From Haliotis cracherodii (lineage: Eukaryota), in assembly GCF_022045235.1 (NCBI RefSeq), contig NW_027266264.1:38006001-38070000 (forward strand): a DNA stretch of 64,000 nt, read 5' to 3'. Within the stretch, counting starts at the first letter, position 1. Each line of letters begins with the position of its first letter. The notes under the pieces are model-generated. The model worked only from the letters and a program-made list of their open reading frames with translations, ran no database searches and was not told the DNA's origin. A program made the translations under genes and the position numbers. Positions 1 to 11,909 of the stretch are shown here, one piece after another.

Positions 1-1700
1 ATGACACCTGTCAAACTCAAAGTGCCCCTGGTCCTCCACCCCTCATGTATAATACTTTAGCGTACTTGATTGTTTAATTTGCAGTTATATCACTGTTAGG
101 CTGAGTGATGAGAGAATACATTTTGTTGTTTTTGTTAACGATCGTTTCCATTTTCAACGTGGTAACCTTATAAGTGACTAACTTTTTTATCATGATGAAA
201 TGAAACATATTAAAATAATCAGAGGGACTGACAGTCGCATTTTTCGCATAAATGTCATGCTCGCATTAATTTCATGATTTACTGAAGATAGATTTGAACA
301 TTTCTGAGCAACGGTCATGTTTGGGTACGGGAAGTAATCTTGTCTCCGCTTGCAATTGGATTCAGTTCCGAGATCGCAGCTTGACTGTTCGGCATGGCCG
401 AAAGGCGGCATCCATGTTGTTCACGCTCCGCTGATCACGGGGCCTCATTTGTCTGTATTCTGCTTATGAGCCGGGATGCGCATGAAACACGGGTGTCAAA
501 ACGAATATATTTACCAATTATACGTACGGTCAATTAGCCAGTCCAAGAGACAATACCCTGGTTCTACCACCTTTAGGTGTAATTACGTCGCATGCCCCTG
601 GTTCACGGTTCGTCTGATCTCCCGTCATAAAACCACGATGTTTATTTACCTGGAGCCTCCGACAGCGCCGACTTCCTGTGTACATGTATGTACATGGCAA
701 TAAATGGTTTGACAGTTGTTTGACGGAATCAATCAATAATTATTGACACGGTGATGTAATTCAAATTTGTCACTATTCACAACTCCTATTTTTATTTTTC
801 TATTGTTCAGCTGTATTTTCGACCAGTTTTATATGTATAAAAAATCTTCTCTTGTATTTATAAACCAAACCTAATAACATTATATAAGAACAATTGTGTT
901 TTTAAACCGTAAGTTTTCTATTAAAACAACCATGCAAGTAAGATTTCAGCCGTAATATTACTTTAGTCACTCCACAGATTACACATCTTATATGCTGCAA
1001 ACGCAGCGAATGTAATGCTACTACGTCACAGCTGCCTCGTTAATTAAGGGCTGGAATGTTTTTGTGAAGGCAGTTAGAGCAGACGAATTCCCCCCCTCGC
1101 TGTATAAAGGCGGTCGCTAACCATATATGTGTATTTTTACTGTTTTTGGCTTGATTTGATTGTCCTTTGGTGAAAACAAATGTTCAATTGTGAAAGCAAA
1201 CCCTTTTCCCCCGAACGTTAAAAGACAGCTGACTTTGTTTTTGTCTGAAATATCAACCTTTGGAGTCGTTTTTATATTCGGAACTCCATATTATGGTTGA
1301 TATTTATAATATAATATGGACAATGGTAAAATTCATTATCACAGTTTAAGTGCTATTCACAAATGTATGTAAATCTACTTCGTGATGAATGAAGCATGGC
1401 AATAAATGTATGCATCTGATTCTTCATTTGTTCTGTATTCTTTGATGTGAATGAGTTTCGTTAATGATGATCACTCTCACAGATTTTTTGATAAGAGGAT
1501 AGTTATGAAAAATATATATATAAGTATAGGCGGTCTGTGCACATGTGGTGAAACTGATACCTCATTGATTTGATAATCGGGACTTGGAAATCATAGTTGA
1601 TTTTAAAATATATGGTTTTGACAGTAGTACGTCCTGACATCATAATATTATGTTGTAAACAACTTATCTTATCTTATGTTAACTTGTTCCTTCTAACCAT

Positions 1701-1890
1701 ATTTCCAAACAATTCCAAACCATTCCAAACCATTCCAAGTCATTCCAAACATTTCCAGTGTTGGAAATATGTTTGGAAATGTTGCCATTCCAATTTTGGA
1801 TTTTTTGGAAAGATCGATCTTTCCAAGCTTTGGAAAGTTTGGAATGAGTGATCTTTCCAAAGCATTCCAACGTTCATTCCAAATTGGAAT
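1701..1890. repeat. TTCCAA/TTGGAA-rich nested palindromic segment
   Basis: Direct and inverted TTCCAAAC motifs; perfect 22-bp palindrome TTGGAAAGATCGATCTTTCCAA at 1805-1826. Confidence 0.7.
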
Positions 1891-1910
1891 GGACGCTATT
1901 TGGTCTTGTG

Positions 1911-2545
1911 TATGTGATGCCGCAGCCCTTGTTGTAGCGCAAGTAATCATGATAACAGGCCATCATCTCACCATTTACAATGTCTATGTGATGCCACAGC
2001 CCTTGTAGCGCAAGTAATCGTGATATACATGGCCATCATCTCACCATTTACAATGTCTATGTGATGCCACAGCCCTTGTAGCGCAAGTAATCGTGATATA
2101 CATGGCCATCATCTCACCATTTACAATGTCTATGTGATGCCACAGCCCTTGTAGCGCAAGTAATCATGATAACAGGCCATCATCTCACCATTTACAATGT
2201 CTATGTGATGCCACAGCCCTTGTAGCGCAAGTAATCGTGATATACATGGCCATTATCTCACCATTTACAATGTCTATGTGATGCCACAGCCCTTGTAGCG
2301 CAAGTAATCATGATAACAGGCCATCATCTCACCATTTACAATGTCTATGTGATGCCGCAGCCCTTGTTGTAGCGCAAGTAATCATGATAACAGGCCATCA
2401 TCTCACCATTTACAATGTCTATGTGATGCCACAGCCCTTGTAGCGCAAGTAATCGTGATATACATGGCCATTATCTCACCATTTACAATGTCTATGTGAT
2501 GCCACAGCCCTTGTAGCGCAAGTAATCATGATAAACATGGCCATC
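1911..2545. repeat. Minisatellite, ~60-62 bp unit, ~10 copies
   Basis: Repeated tatgtgatgccacagcccttgtagcgcaagtaatc...ggccatcatctcaccatttacaatgtc. Confidence 0.95.
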
Positions 2546-2865
2546 TGAAAACGTATTATGTCCGAAAACCTATGATCCGATACTATAAGTATTGTAAAGA
2601 TCCAAATAATTCCCCAAATCTAATTAGACTTTCCTCATCTTCCAATGTCCCCAGTAGCCTATGAGGTTAAGTAATCTATCCACAAAGCCTGTCTGTTTGA
2701 TGTTGTTTTTGTTGTCATTATGTGATTACCTTCCAGCTTGTGACAGAGGTGACACAGTGGTGTCATTTATTCTGTTGGTGATATATGATCTTTTGATCAT
2801 GTACATGTAACACAATGGTGACCTTTATACAATACATCTATTACCTGCTTGACCCCAGGATGTTG

Positions 2866-3110
2866 AGAGGTGGTTGGTGTTTATTTCAGTGGTTGAGCTG
2901 TAAGCACAAGAGGAGGTTGATGTGTTTTTCAGTGGTTGAGTTGTAAGTACAAGAGGAGGTTGATGTTTATTTCAGTGGTTGAGCTGTAAGTACAAGAGGA
3001 GGTTGGTGTGTATTTCAGTGGTTGAGTTGTAAGTACAAGAGGAGGTTGGTGTGTATTTCAGTGGTTGAGTTGTAAGTACAAGAGGAGGTTGGTGTGTATT
3101 TCAGTGGTTG
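2866..3110 (+). repeat. 43-bp minisatellite containing the DNAAF4 splice acceptor
   Basis: tttcag|tggttga recurs with AG ending at 2889, 2932, 2975, 3018, 3061, 3104; the last is the real acceptor. Confidence 0.93.
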
Positions 3111-3205
3111 AAGAAGCAGGCAGAGGCACGGAGGACTGTGGAGCTGTCTGATGCAGACCTCTCAGAGGAGGAGAAGAACCCGCTGTGGCTCCGGGACAAG
3201 GGCAA
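3105..3205 (+). CDS. DNAAF4: DNAAF4 exon ([10 protein letters not shown]...LWLRDKG)
   Basis: tttcag|TGG ... GGCAA|gtaagt; phase 2 end matches next exon. Confidence 0.95.
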
Positions 3206-6200
3206 GTAAGTTGTGGAGTCTGTTACAATGTCATAATTTCATCTCACCTTACGTTAAAATACAAGTGTCTGAGTGGTTAACAAGGGGGCAATTATTTTCC
3301 ATGTAGCATGCTCATGCTCCCAGCTGAGAAATTCAAATTAATCGGAACAAAACTAAGGTAATTTACTTATCTTGCATATGTATCACTGAGCTGAAATGAA
3401 CCAATGTTTATCTGAGTGCATCGGGTAAAGGGAAGTAACTTGGTTTGTTTGAGGCTTCTGCTAGCTCTCAAAAAAGCTGAATCAAAGTATTTTAGTCAGT
3501 GAAACTTTGTAAATATATTCAAATTAGAAAACAATTGCAAGGCTGCTATCAGGACCCACAGAGTTTAGACAGTGCAGGCCCTGCCTAAATTCTTCAGGCC
3601 CTCTTTTATAAAACACTTGCTGCTTTATGTGACAAAAAACCGAAACCCAATTCTCTTTCTGATTAAATCCTCCTTGGGGCACTTATTGCATTTTCCTTGC
3701 TCAAGAAAATCTACATGACATAGTTGTAACCATTTTCCTTAATAAAAAATGTTACCACACAAAAAACTTCGTTTTTGTATGATATATGACCACCCTTATG
3801 GGGCCTCACCACCAACGGCGCCTCACGCCAGGGGGAGCAACTCTCACCCAAATCACTTTCCTTATGTCATCTGTAAGAGACAGACGTGTTGATTTTTCAC
3901 ACAAGACAAAATAAGAGAAATCTATCGTTCGACAAGAACCATGGCTGACCAAACTGTATGTATGGTACATTTCTTTCATTGCAAAGGCGTAATACCTCGC
4001 ATTGTGAAGTTATAGAGTTGTAATTGACGCCACGTGCACGGTACCTTTGAATTCAAATGGCCGTAATGGCGTCCATATTGTAGTCCCACGGGCTGATACA
4101 TGTAACACCAAGGCCATTAAGAAACGGCTTGGGGTTTTGTTATATCATACAGCATTGGACTACAATTTTTTCCTTTACAAAACCCAAGGTGGTGTGTTAA
4201 TTTATAAACTACACTTACCTTTTTTACGGGTTTTACACCTTAGCGCGTAACACGCCCCTTTTGGTGTTATAGTTGAACTACGACATTGGCTATTAGTATC
4301 GCGTTACAAATCGCATTCTACATTACGCCTTTGCTTCTAGTTTCACAATTTATGCACATATTTTTCCGATCTTTATATCGCACTGATACACGTTAATACC
4401 CTTCCCGCCCACCTCAGAAATTACGGTCTTGTTTACAAAGACCTTCAAACTGTGTACGGGTTGTTCTAAGACAGGCACGAACGCTGCCTGATATGTCTGG
4501 CGGAGGACATTGCCTTTACCCCCCAAAAGAGACAAGTTGACTTGTTCCACTTTAAAGAGGTCTATAAAGGCGGGGGTAGATATCAGATCTACTAAGACAT
4601 CCCCCCCCTCCCCATCTAAAAAGGGTAAAAAAGCTGCCGAGATTGTCTCCCCCGCTCCCTCTCCGGGGGCCGGGGGAGAAGGCTGGAGGGTTCCCGTAGT
4701 AAGCACTGCACCCTCTCCTGCACTGTCTTTGGCAGACTGTTCTGCGTTACTTAAGTCGCCGATGGCGTCGATGATGGAGGAGGTGAAGTCTCGGCTCCGG
4801 AGGAGCTACGGGCTGAGCCTTCCCCGTTGTCGGCGCCGGACGCGGCTTCGAGATCTGTGTTATGCCCGGCGTCGGCCGAGGCAGGCCACTTGATCTCGGG
4901 GACGATCCGAGACCGGGCTTCGGCTCCGGCTCGAGGTCGCTCCCCAGCGGAGGGGTGGCGGGCGCCGGCCCGTGCACTACCGACGCACAATTTTCCCTAG
5001 CGGAGCCAGACGCCTCTTCCGAGGCCGAGGCTTTCACTAGTGGATTCGTAGCCCGGAGCCAGGGGGGGTTCCCTTTGTCTCGGGGACGATCCGAGACCGA
5101 GCTTCGGCTCCGGCTCGAGGTCGCTCCCAAGCGTAGTGGTGGCGGGCGCCGGCCCGTGCACCACCGACGCACAATTTTCCCTAGCGGAGCCAGACGCCTC
5201 TTCCGAGGCCGAGGCTTCCACTAGTGGATACCTGCCCCGGAGCAAGGTTGGTTCCCTTTGTCTCGGGGACGATCCGAGACCGAGCTTCGGCTCTGGCTCG
5301 CGGTCGATCCCCAGCGTAGTGGTGGCGGGCGCCGGCTAAGCCCGTGCACTACCGACGCACAACTTTCCCTAGCGGAGCCAGACGCCTCTTCCGAGGCCGA
5401 GGCTTCCACTAGTGGATACCTAGCCCGGTGCCAGGTCGGTTCCCTTGAACCTCCGGCACCTCGGCACCGGGACTTGGCATCGGGCCGGGTGCAGAGGCAC
5501 GTGCGGGACAGGATTGTCCAGGTACTGCCTCAGGTGGCTGCGCCCATGCCAGAGTCGGAGACACCCAACTTGACTAAGGTCAAGCAGGGCCGGCTGTTGC
5601 CCCCCCCTTTCCCGCGTGCGGTGCGGAGTTGAAGGCTGCTTACATATGCTTCGAGGAGCAATATCATAATGCATGCCAACAGCTCCGTGTGTCCGTACAC
5701 TCCGCGTATCTGTCGGCTGTGCAGAGGGAGTTAGCGGGAGAGGGGCCGGTCGACTCTTCGGAGTTAGCCGCGCAACTAACGGAAGTTCAGTTATCTTACG
5801 CGGGACGCTATTCGTAGCTGTGCCTCGCAGATGATGTGCGCTGTTATGGGCATGCGCAGGCGGTGGATGTCGGTATCTAAATACTCGACGTACACATGCC
5901 AAGACTTACTTGCTTTGCCGTATAAGAGGGTGCCACCCTCTTCCCTGGGGCTCAGCAGGTGGTCCGAGAGGCCGCTCAATGGTATACTTCCATCAAAGAC
6001 TCATGAGGCCATGTTGGAGGTACCAAGCGTTAAAACCGCGTAAGCGGGCCTCTCCAATTGTCCCCCCCCTACGCTAACGCACGGGTCAGACAACCACACC
6101 TGCTTGGAAGCCGCCGCTTCCTTCAGGTATAAGGGCGCCGGGAGGAGCAAGAGAGGCACGGGCCGGGGCAAGGCAGCTGGTCGAGACCAACAGCTTATTC

Positions 6201-9200
6201 GCGGGGCTGGGAACGATGGGTTCCCATTAGCGCCCGAAGAGCCCCGGGTGAACCCACAGTCGCAAGTTATCGAACTGCCGACAGCCGGGGTTCACTGCCT
6301 CCAGCCGGATGTCCCCGTAGGCGGCCGACTGGCTCTATTCCTGAAGGAATCGGAGACAGTTACATCACAATCCCCGGACCCCGTCCATTTTAAGGGATGG
6401 CCATTTGCCTCGGTGGAAACATCATCCGCCCCTCCCCTTCTCCGGGATAAAGCACACTCCGGTGCCTGCTACCCGAGAGAAGGCGGAATTCCTCCGTGCC
6501 GAGGTCGACGCACTTATGAAAGCTGCGATCGAACCGGGTCCCGAGGGACAGGAAAGCGAGGGCTTCTACTCGACTTGTTTCCTAGTCACCAAACAGTGAT
6601 CTCACCTGTCGAGACAGGAGAATGGCTAACGTCAATAGACTTAAATACGCCTATCTCCACATACCAATACACCCCGAGTTCAAGAAATACCTGAGGTTTT
6701 CTTTCGACGGGAGGTGTTATCAGTTCAGGGTTCTACCATTCGGGATCTTCACGGCCCCGAGGGTGTTCACCAAGCTGATGTTGAGTCCCGCCCAAGTGGC
6801 CAGGTCAAAAGGTCGGTTCTGCCATCCGTACCTCGACGTCTGGTTACTAAGAGCTCTATCGCAATCCCTGAGTCAGATAGCTACACAACAAGTGATAGAT
6901 ATTCTGATCACGCTAGGGTGGATGGTCAGTCTCAAGAAGTCAGATCTGAGCCCCACTCAGAATCTAGTCTTCCTAGTGGCTAATTTCAACACGGTGAGAG
7001 GACGTGTATCTCTGTCACAAGATATCAAGTCCCTTAAGCGCAAGTCACACTGCTCGTACATAGCTCCAGTTACTGGACAACATGGCGGCGACAGTGGATT
7101 TGGTCTGGCGGGGCGCTTGAGAATGAGTCCCATTCAACAAGCACTCTGTCGAATTTGGGCGAACTCGGAAGATCTCGAGACTCCGTATTGGCTCATTACA
7201 CACCTCCAGTGGTGGACCGAGGTCGGGAATCTGTCCCGGGGGCTCCCCCTCGACACTCCCATTCCGTCTCTCACAGTTCAAACAGACGCGTCACTCTCCG
7301 GCTGGGGAGGCGTTCTGAATGATCACACTGCCTCGGGACTATGGTCCCAGCAGGAGATCAAACTGCATATCAATGTGCTAGAACTGAGAGCGGTCAGGTT
7401 GGTGTTCCAACGCTTCCCGGGTCTGCTTCGTGGCCAAGTGGTTCGTCTAGACATGGACAACCAAACGGCGATGGCTTACATCCGGAAGCAGGGGGGAACG
7501 GCGTCTCCGTCGCTTCGACGAAAGACGTGGCAGTTCCTACTATAGTGCGACTCTCACGATATCAGGGTGCTACCTGTTTATCTCCCGGGGGTGGACAACG
7601 TCCGTACGGACGCTCTGTCTCGCCGGATCCTCGCTCCTCACGAGTGGAGGCTCGACCCGGGGATATTCGGGATTTTCTCCCTGTTATACAGGCCGTTACA
7701 GGTGGATCTGTTTGCGTCTGTGATGAATCACCAGACACCAACGTTCTGCTCCCGAGTCCACGACCCGAGGTCGGTGGCACCGGACGCCTTCCAGCTAGAT
7801 TGGACGGACAGAATTCTGTGGGCATTCCCCCCAGTACCTCTGATTTCCAAGGTCCTGTCTCAGCTAAGCACTCAGCCTGCGCGACTAATTGTGCTCCTGG
7901 CACCTCTTTAGTCGGCGCAGCGTGGGTTTCAAGTAATACTCAGGTTTCTGTCTCAGCCTCCTGTTATATTACCTTTATGACCGGACCTCCTATCCCAGAA
8001 CGGGGTCCTCCACCCGAATCCCAGGATTCAATGGGGGGCTTAGCCACTGTCAGGAATCGCCTCCAGAAGAGCGGTATTCCTGCACGAGTTGCAGACACAA
8101 TACTGGCTTCGCGGAGAGATTCGACAAACGTTCAGTACGATAGATAGGCCTGCTATGCGCCCTGGTGTGTCGATAGAGGGATTGCAGATTTTTTATTATT
8201 TTTTTTAATTTTTTCTGCAGATCTCGTATCCGTGATTGAGTTTCTCCAGTCGCGACTAGATGACGGCCTGGCCGCATCAACAGTCCGGGGTTACTCTACA
8301 GCTATCGCAGCTTTTCACGTCACTGTCGACGGGGCACTTCTGGGTGCACACCCATTAGTGCAGCGCTTTTTAGCAGGTGTGGACAGGATCCGACCGCCAG
8401 TCCGGCGGATCAGTCCCCCTTGGGACTTGTCAATCATTCTCGATTGGCTGTCCGGTCCTTCCTTTCGGGATCTGTCGTCTCTCTCTCTTCAGCTGTTGAG
8501 CTGGGAGACGGCGTTCCTTGTGGTGGTAACGTCCGGCAGACGGGTAGGCGACATTCGTGTTATGTCAGCCGATCCCGAAATAACTGTCTTCCATGCGGTC
8601 GATAAATATCACCGGGACAGAGTCAGTTTTCGACTACCGGACTCTTACCGTCAAAGGGTCGCACACGCTTCCTCGTGAACGGCTCCTATTGAGCTACCTG
8701 CTCTTTCACAGCCTTCCTCGTCGGGGACCACTGCAAGACATGCTCATGTCTTGGATGTCCGCACGACTCTTAAGGCCTATATCAACAGAAATATTGGTGT
8801 CCATAAGGATAACCAACTATTTTGCTGTTACGGCGGTAGGAAGGTTGGCTCACCTGCGAGTAAACAATCTATCTCGAGGTGGATAGTTTCAACCATTTGT
8901 ACAGCGTATACGCTTACAGGCAGGGAGCCCCCTACCAGGTTGAAGGCTCATTAGGTTAGAGCAGTGGCTGCGTCAAAAGCGTACGCCGCGGCTCTGCACA
9001 TTGAGCAGATCTGCTCCGCGGCTATTTGGAGCCAGCCGAGCACGATTCATCAAACCTTACCAACTCGACAAACACTCAAGCGAGCGTACTCGGTTTGGTC
9101 AGTCAGTTCTCCGAACGGGGCAAAGTTCTAATCTCTAGCCGATTGAGCATTCGAGATTTTAGACAGTCCTCCGGTTATACTGCTCGGTAATGGTCTGGGT

Positions 9201-11909
9201 TTTATCTTCTGCGGTCGATAAATATCAGACCTTACTACTCGATAATACTCGTATTTTGCGCACGCGCTCCTTCGATCCTCGGGGACCCTCTGGCCTAGCT
9301 CAGCGCTGGTTATGGTCTCTCGTGATCTATGCCCCTATATCACTTGTTCAAAAAAAGTGTGGGGGTGGGAGGTGTTTCGAGTTCTCAACTTATGACAAGC
9401 CGCGAAAACAGGCTTTATCATAATATATGGTCGACCACGCCCTGTCTCTAGCCCCCGCCTTTCGACGGTGGTGCCTCACGATAAGGTTGGTTCCATTTAT
9501 TGAACTCAATATTTTATTCTGTTGAATAATCAAATACGATGTATTTATTTACGCCTGTTGCTGACGGATGCCACTTCCTAGATTATCTTTGGGAGTCTGT
9601 CCTGATGCAATAAGTGCCCCAAGGAGGATTTAATCAGAAAGAGAATTTTACAAACCTGTAGAGGTTATGAATTCTCTGATGAAATCCTCCTTGGGGCACG
9701 GCCACCCACCTCCCCACATTCCGTCAGCATTTGACATATGGAAAGTGATTTGGGTGAGAGTTGCTCCCCCTGGCGTGAGGCGCCGTTGGTGGTGAGGCCC
9801 CGTAAGGGTGGTCATATATCATACAAAAACGAAGTTTTTTGTGTGGTAACATTTTTTATTAAGGAAAATGGTTACAACTATGTCATGTAGATTTTCTTGA
9901 GCAAGGAAAATGCAATAAGTGCCCCAAGGAGGATTTCATCAGAGAATTCATAACCTCTACAGGTTTGTAAAAATTTATTGCAGGCCAAAAGGACCCATAC
10001 AAATTTGAGAGTAGGGGCCCAACACCAAGTCTACTTGCCACGGCCCTATGGCAGGCGTGTATTTCGAGCACTAATTCTGGGTCTGTATAAATGAATGAGA
10101 CAAATCAGCTCGGGGTACATAGACTCACACACGGGTACATTTACACCTCGAGATCAGTTGACTTATTATGTAGTTACATTTAGCGATTGCCTATTGCCAA
10201 TATTATTTGGACACTCAAAAACTTATGTAACTTGAATTGTTTTCAGTGAATTTTTCAAGGGTGGTAACTATCAAGCAGCAGTGAATGCCTACACACACGC
10301 AATCCGGTTGAGCAACAAGATGCCAGGGTATCCTTCCTTGATAGTCAGCTGCTACTAGACATCAATAGCTTGTCTCCTTCACATGTGCCAATAACTGATG
10401 TTTAATAGCTGGGGGTCATTGTGTTCAGTAATCACAGATGTGACAGTTGTCGTAAGGGACTGGTCACTCATTACAGGGTATACTGTATCATTTGGATTTT
10501 GCTTTCCTTAACCTGTGACAAGATTGTACTCTAACAGAGCAGCCTGTCATCTGAAGCTTCGAAACCTCATCAAGTGTGTAGAAGACTGTTCAAAAGTAGG
10601 TCTCGCTTCTGTCTCTCATCCTTGTCATAATTCTATTGGGAAACATTTGCTTTGAACTACATTTCAAAACTAATTCTATTATTGATATTATTATCTTCAT
10701 TTTGAGCGAGTGAGTGATGATTGTTTAATGCCAAATCGGTAATTTTGCATCTATTCACTACAACTTCATTCTGAGGAGAGTCCTTTGTCAGCTGTATAGG
10801 AACAGACCTGGACTTGTAGTCCTAACCCAACTTCATAATAGGACATGCATAGGACAATCTTTGTTATAAACCCCATCACACAATTAGTTTCTACCCTGTT
10901 AATGTCCATGCTGTGTGCTACAGGCGCTGGACCTGCTTCATCCTCCGGTACCCCAGAATGCTGCTAGTCGATGCAGGGCCCTCGTCAGGCGGGGCACAGC
11001 ATTCTGTCAGCTGGAGATGTATATTGAAGGTGAGCTTCAAGTTGATCAGTTGAATGTGTTCATTGAATGTATATTCCATAACTGATATGAGAGGTATCAT
11101 CTCGGTACCTTTAACAATGGACTGTCCTCTTTTGTTTATACGAATAGGATACCTCCCTCCCTAATCTTACCAACAGCCTCCATGGTCTAATGAAAGAGTG
11201 TCCGCAGAGGGTCAGGTGTTTCATTCCCGGCCGCATCATACAAAAAGACTTTAAAAGATGGTATTGTTATTACCCTGCCTGGCACTCAACATTAAGGGGC
11301 TGAAACAAGGACTGGTTGGCTCAGAGTCAGCATACTGTGTCTGAGTGGGGTTTTCATGTTAAACTGCGGCATGGTATCTTAGTGGGCTAGCACTATAAAA
11401 TCATCATTAGTCCGGACAGAGACAAGCGGGCTGTATAAGTGCTGTATTAGTGCAATAATCTTGAATGCGACATTAATCCCCATTTCATCTAGCCTTCATC
11501 TCACTGTAATCTTACCATAACAATGAATAGCTGAATATATTCATTTTATGTTTGATGGTGTATATTTCCATTAGGTAATGGCATTCGAATGTGAGATACT
11601 AGTATATAACCAAAAAAATAATTGTGTACAATCAACCTGGGAAAGGGCCTCCCTACATAAATGTATTCCTATGACAGTTATTCTATGACAATATGCAAGT
11701 TTTGTGAGCCTAAACAAACCTATGGTGTCTGGGAGGTGCTGAAATGATGTGATATGCAGCTAGCTTCCCGGTGCTTGACTGTGTGATGATGTTCTATTCC
11801 AGGTCTCCAAGATTACGAAGCTGGTCTGAAGTTAGACCGAGACAACAAAGAGTTACAGGCTGATGCCGAGAAAATCCGTGAGATTATACAAGGCACTGTG
11901 GACAGATAG
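3105..11909 (+). CDS. DNAAF4: Dynein axonemal assembly factor 4 (DYX1C1), 3' part of gene; exons 3105-3205, 10247-10327, 10523-10595, 10924-11029, 11803-11909; 5' exons lie upstream of the window
   Basis: Spliced translation [155 protein letters not shown] matches the C-terminal TPR region of DYX1C1/DNAAF4; all introns GT-AG and in phase. Confidence 0.96.
3649..3869 (+). repeat. DIRS left inverted terminal repeat
   Basis: Reverse complement of 9732-9936 over about 205 bp with ~2 mismatches seen. Confidence 0.93.
4440..6200 (+). pseudogene. DIRS gag-like ORF1 remnant (frameshifted) with a ~183-bp x3 internal tandem repeat at 4894-5445
   Basis: N-terminal Cys/His motif [18 protein letters not shown] across frameshifts; Pro/Ser-rich linker; position upstream of RT. 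Confidence 0.65.
6300..7990 (+). pseudogene. DIRS reverse transcriptase - RNase H - methyltransferase-like ORF, disrupted
   Basis: [46 protein letters not shown] (YLDD degenerate), [68 protein letters not shown]; frameshifts and stops at 7543 and 7909. Confidence 0.92.
8020..9131 (+). pseudogene. DIRS tyrosine recombinase, disrupted
   Basis: [32 protein letters not shown] (catalytic R), [21 protein letters not shown] (HxxR with stop), AAIWSQPST. Confidence 0.9.
9606..9699 (+). repeat. DIRS internal complementary region (ICR)
   Basis: First half complementary to the element's left end, second half complementary to its right end (junction ...GAAAGAGAATTTTACAAACC...). Confidence 0.93.
9732..9975 (+). 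repeat. DIRS right inverted terminal repeat with 3' extension
   Basis: Inverted copy of left ITR followed by a unique extension catcagagaattcataacctctacaggtttgtaaaa matching the ICR. Confidence 0.93.
10247..10327 (+). CDS. DNAAF4: DNAAF4 exon ([26 protein letters not shown])
   Basis: ttttcag| ... |gtatcctt; TPR1 sequence. Confidence 0.95.
10328..10522 (+). other. U12-type (minor spliceosome) GT-AG intron in DNAAF4
   Basis: 5' site GTATCCTT; branch site TTTCCTTAAC at 10503-10512 ending 10 nt before the 3' end; no polypyrimidine tract. Confidence 0.88.
10523..10595 (+). CDS. DNAAF4: DNAAF4 exon ([24 protein letters not shown])
   Basis: acaag| ... |gtaggt; TPR2 LYSNRAAC motif. Confidence 0.95.
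10924..11029 (+). CDS. DNAAF4: DNAAF4 exon ([35 protein letters not shown])
   Basis: ctacag| ... |gtgagc; [10 protein letters not shown] motif of DYX1C1. Confidence 0.95.
11173..11506 (+). mobile_element. tRNA-derived SINE (central domain resembles Meta-type SINEs), in DNAAF4 intron
   Basis: Degenerate A/B boxes; aaagactttaaaagatggta...ccctgcctggcactcaacattaagggg core; 11-bp TSD taatcttacca (11162-11172, 11507-11517). Confidence 0.75.
11803..11909 (+). CDS. DNAAF4: DNAAF4 terminal coding exon ([35 protein letters not shown])
   Basis: ttccag| acceptor; TAG at 11907-11909; AATAAA candidates at 13123 and 13618. Confidence 0.95.

Larger units (their letters stand above)
3649..9975 (+). mobile_element. 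DIRS1-type tyrosine recombinase retrotransposon, full-length structure, ORFs disrupted, inside DNAAF4 intron
   Basis: Left ITR 3649-3869 and right ITR 9732-9975 are inverted; ICR 9606-9699; gag, RT, RNase H, methyltransferase-like and YR remnants in DIRS order. Confidence 0.96.

Noticed and set aside
8183-8222. Poly-T stretch flanked by TGCAGAT, resembling a poly(A) retro-insertion with TSD
   Set aside because: Spacing of the YR N-terminal motif ([12 protein letters not shown]) suggests both TGCAGAT copies are native and the T-run is a slippage expansion
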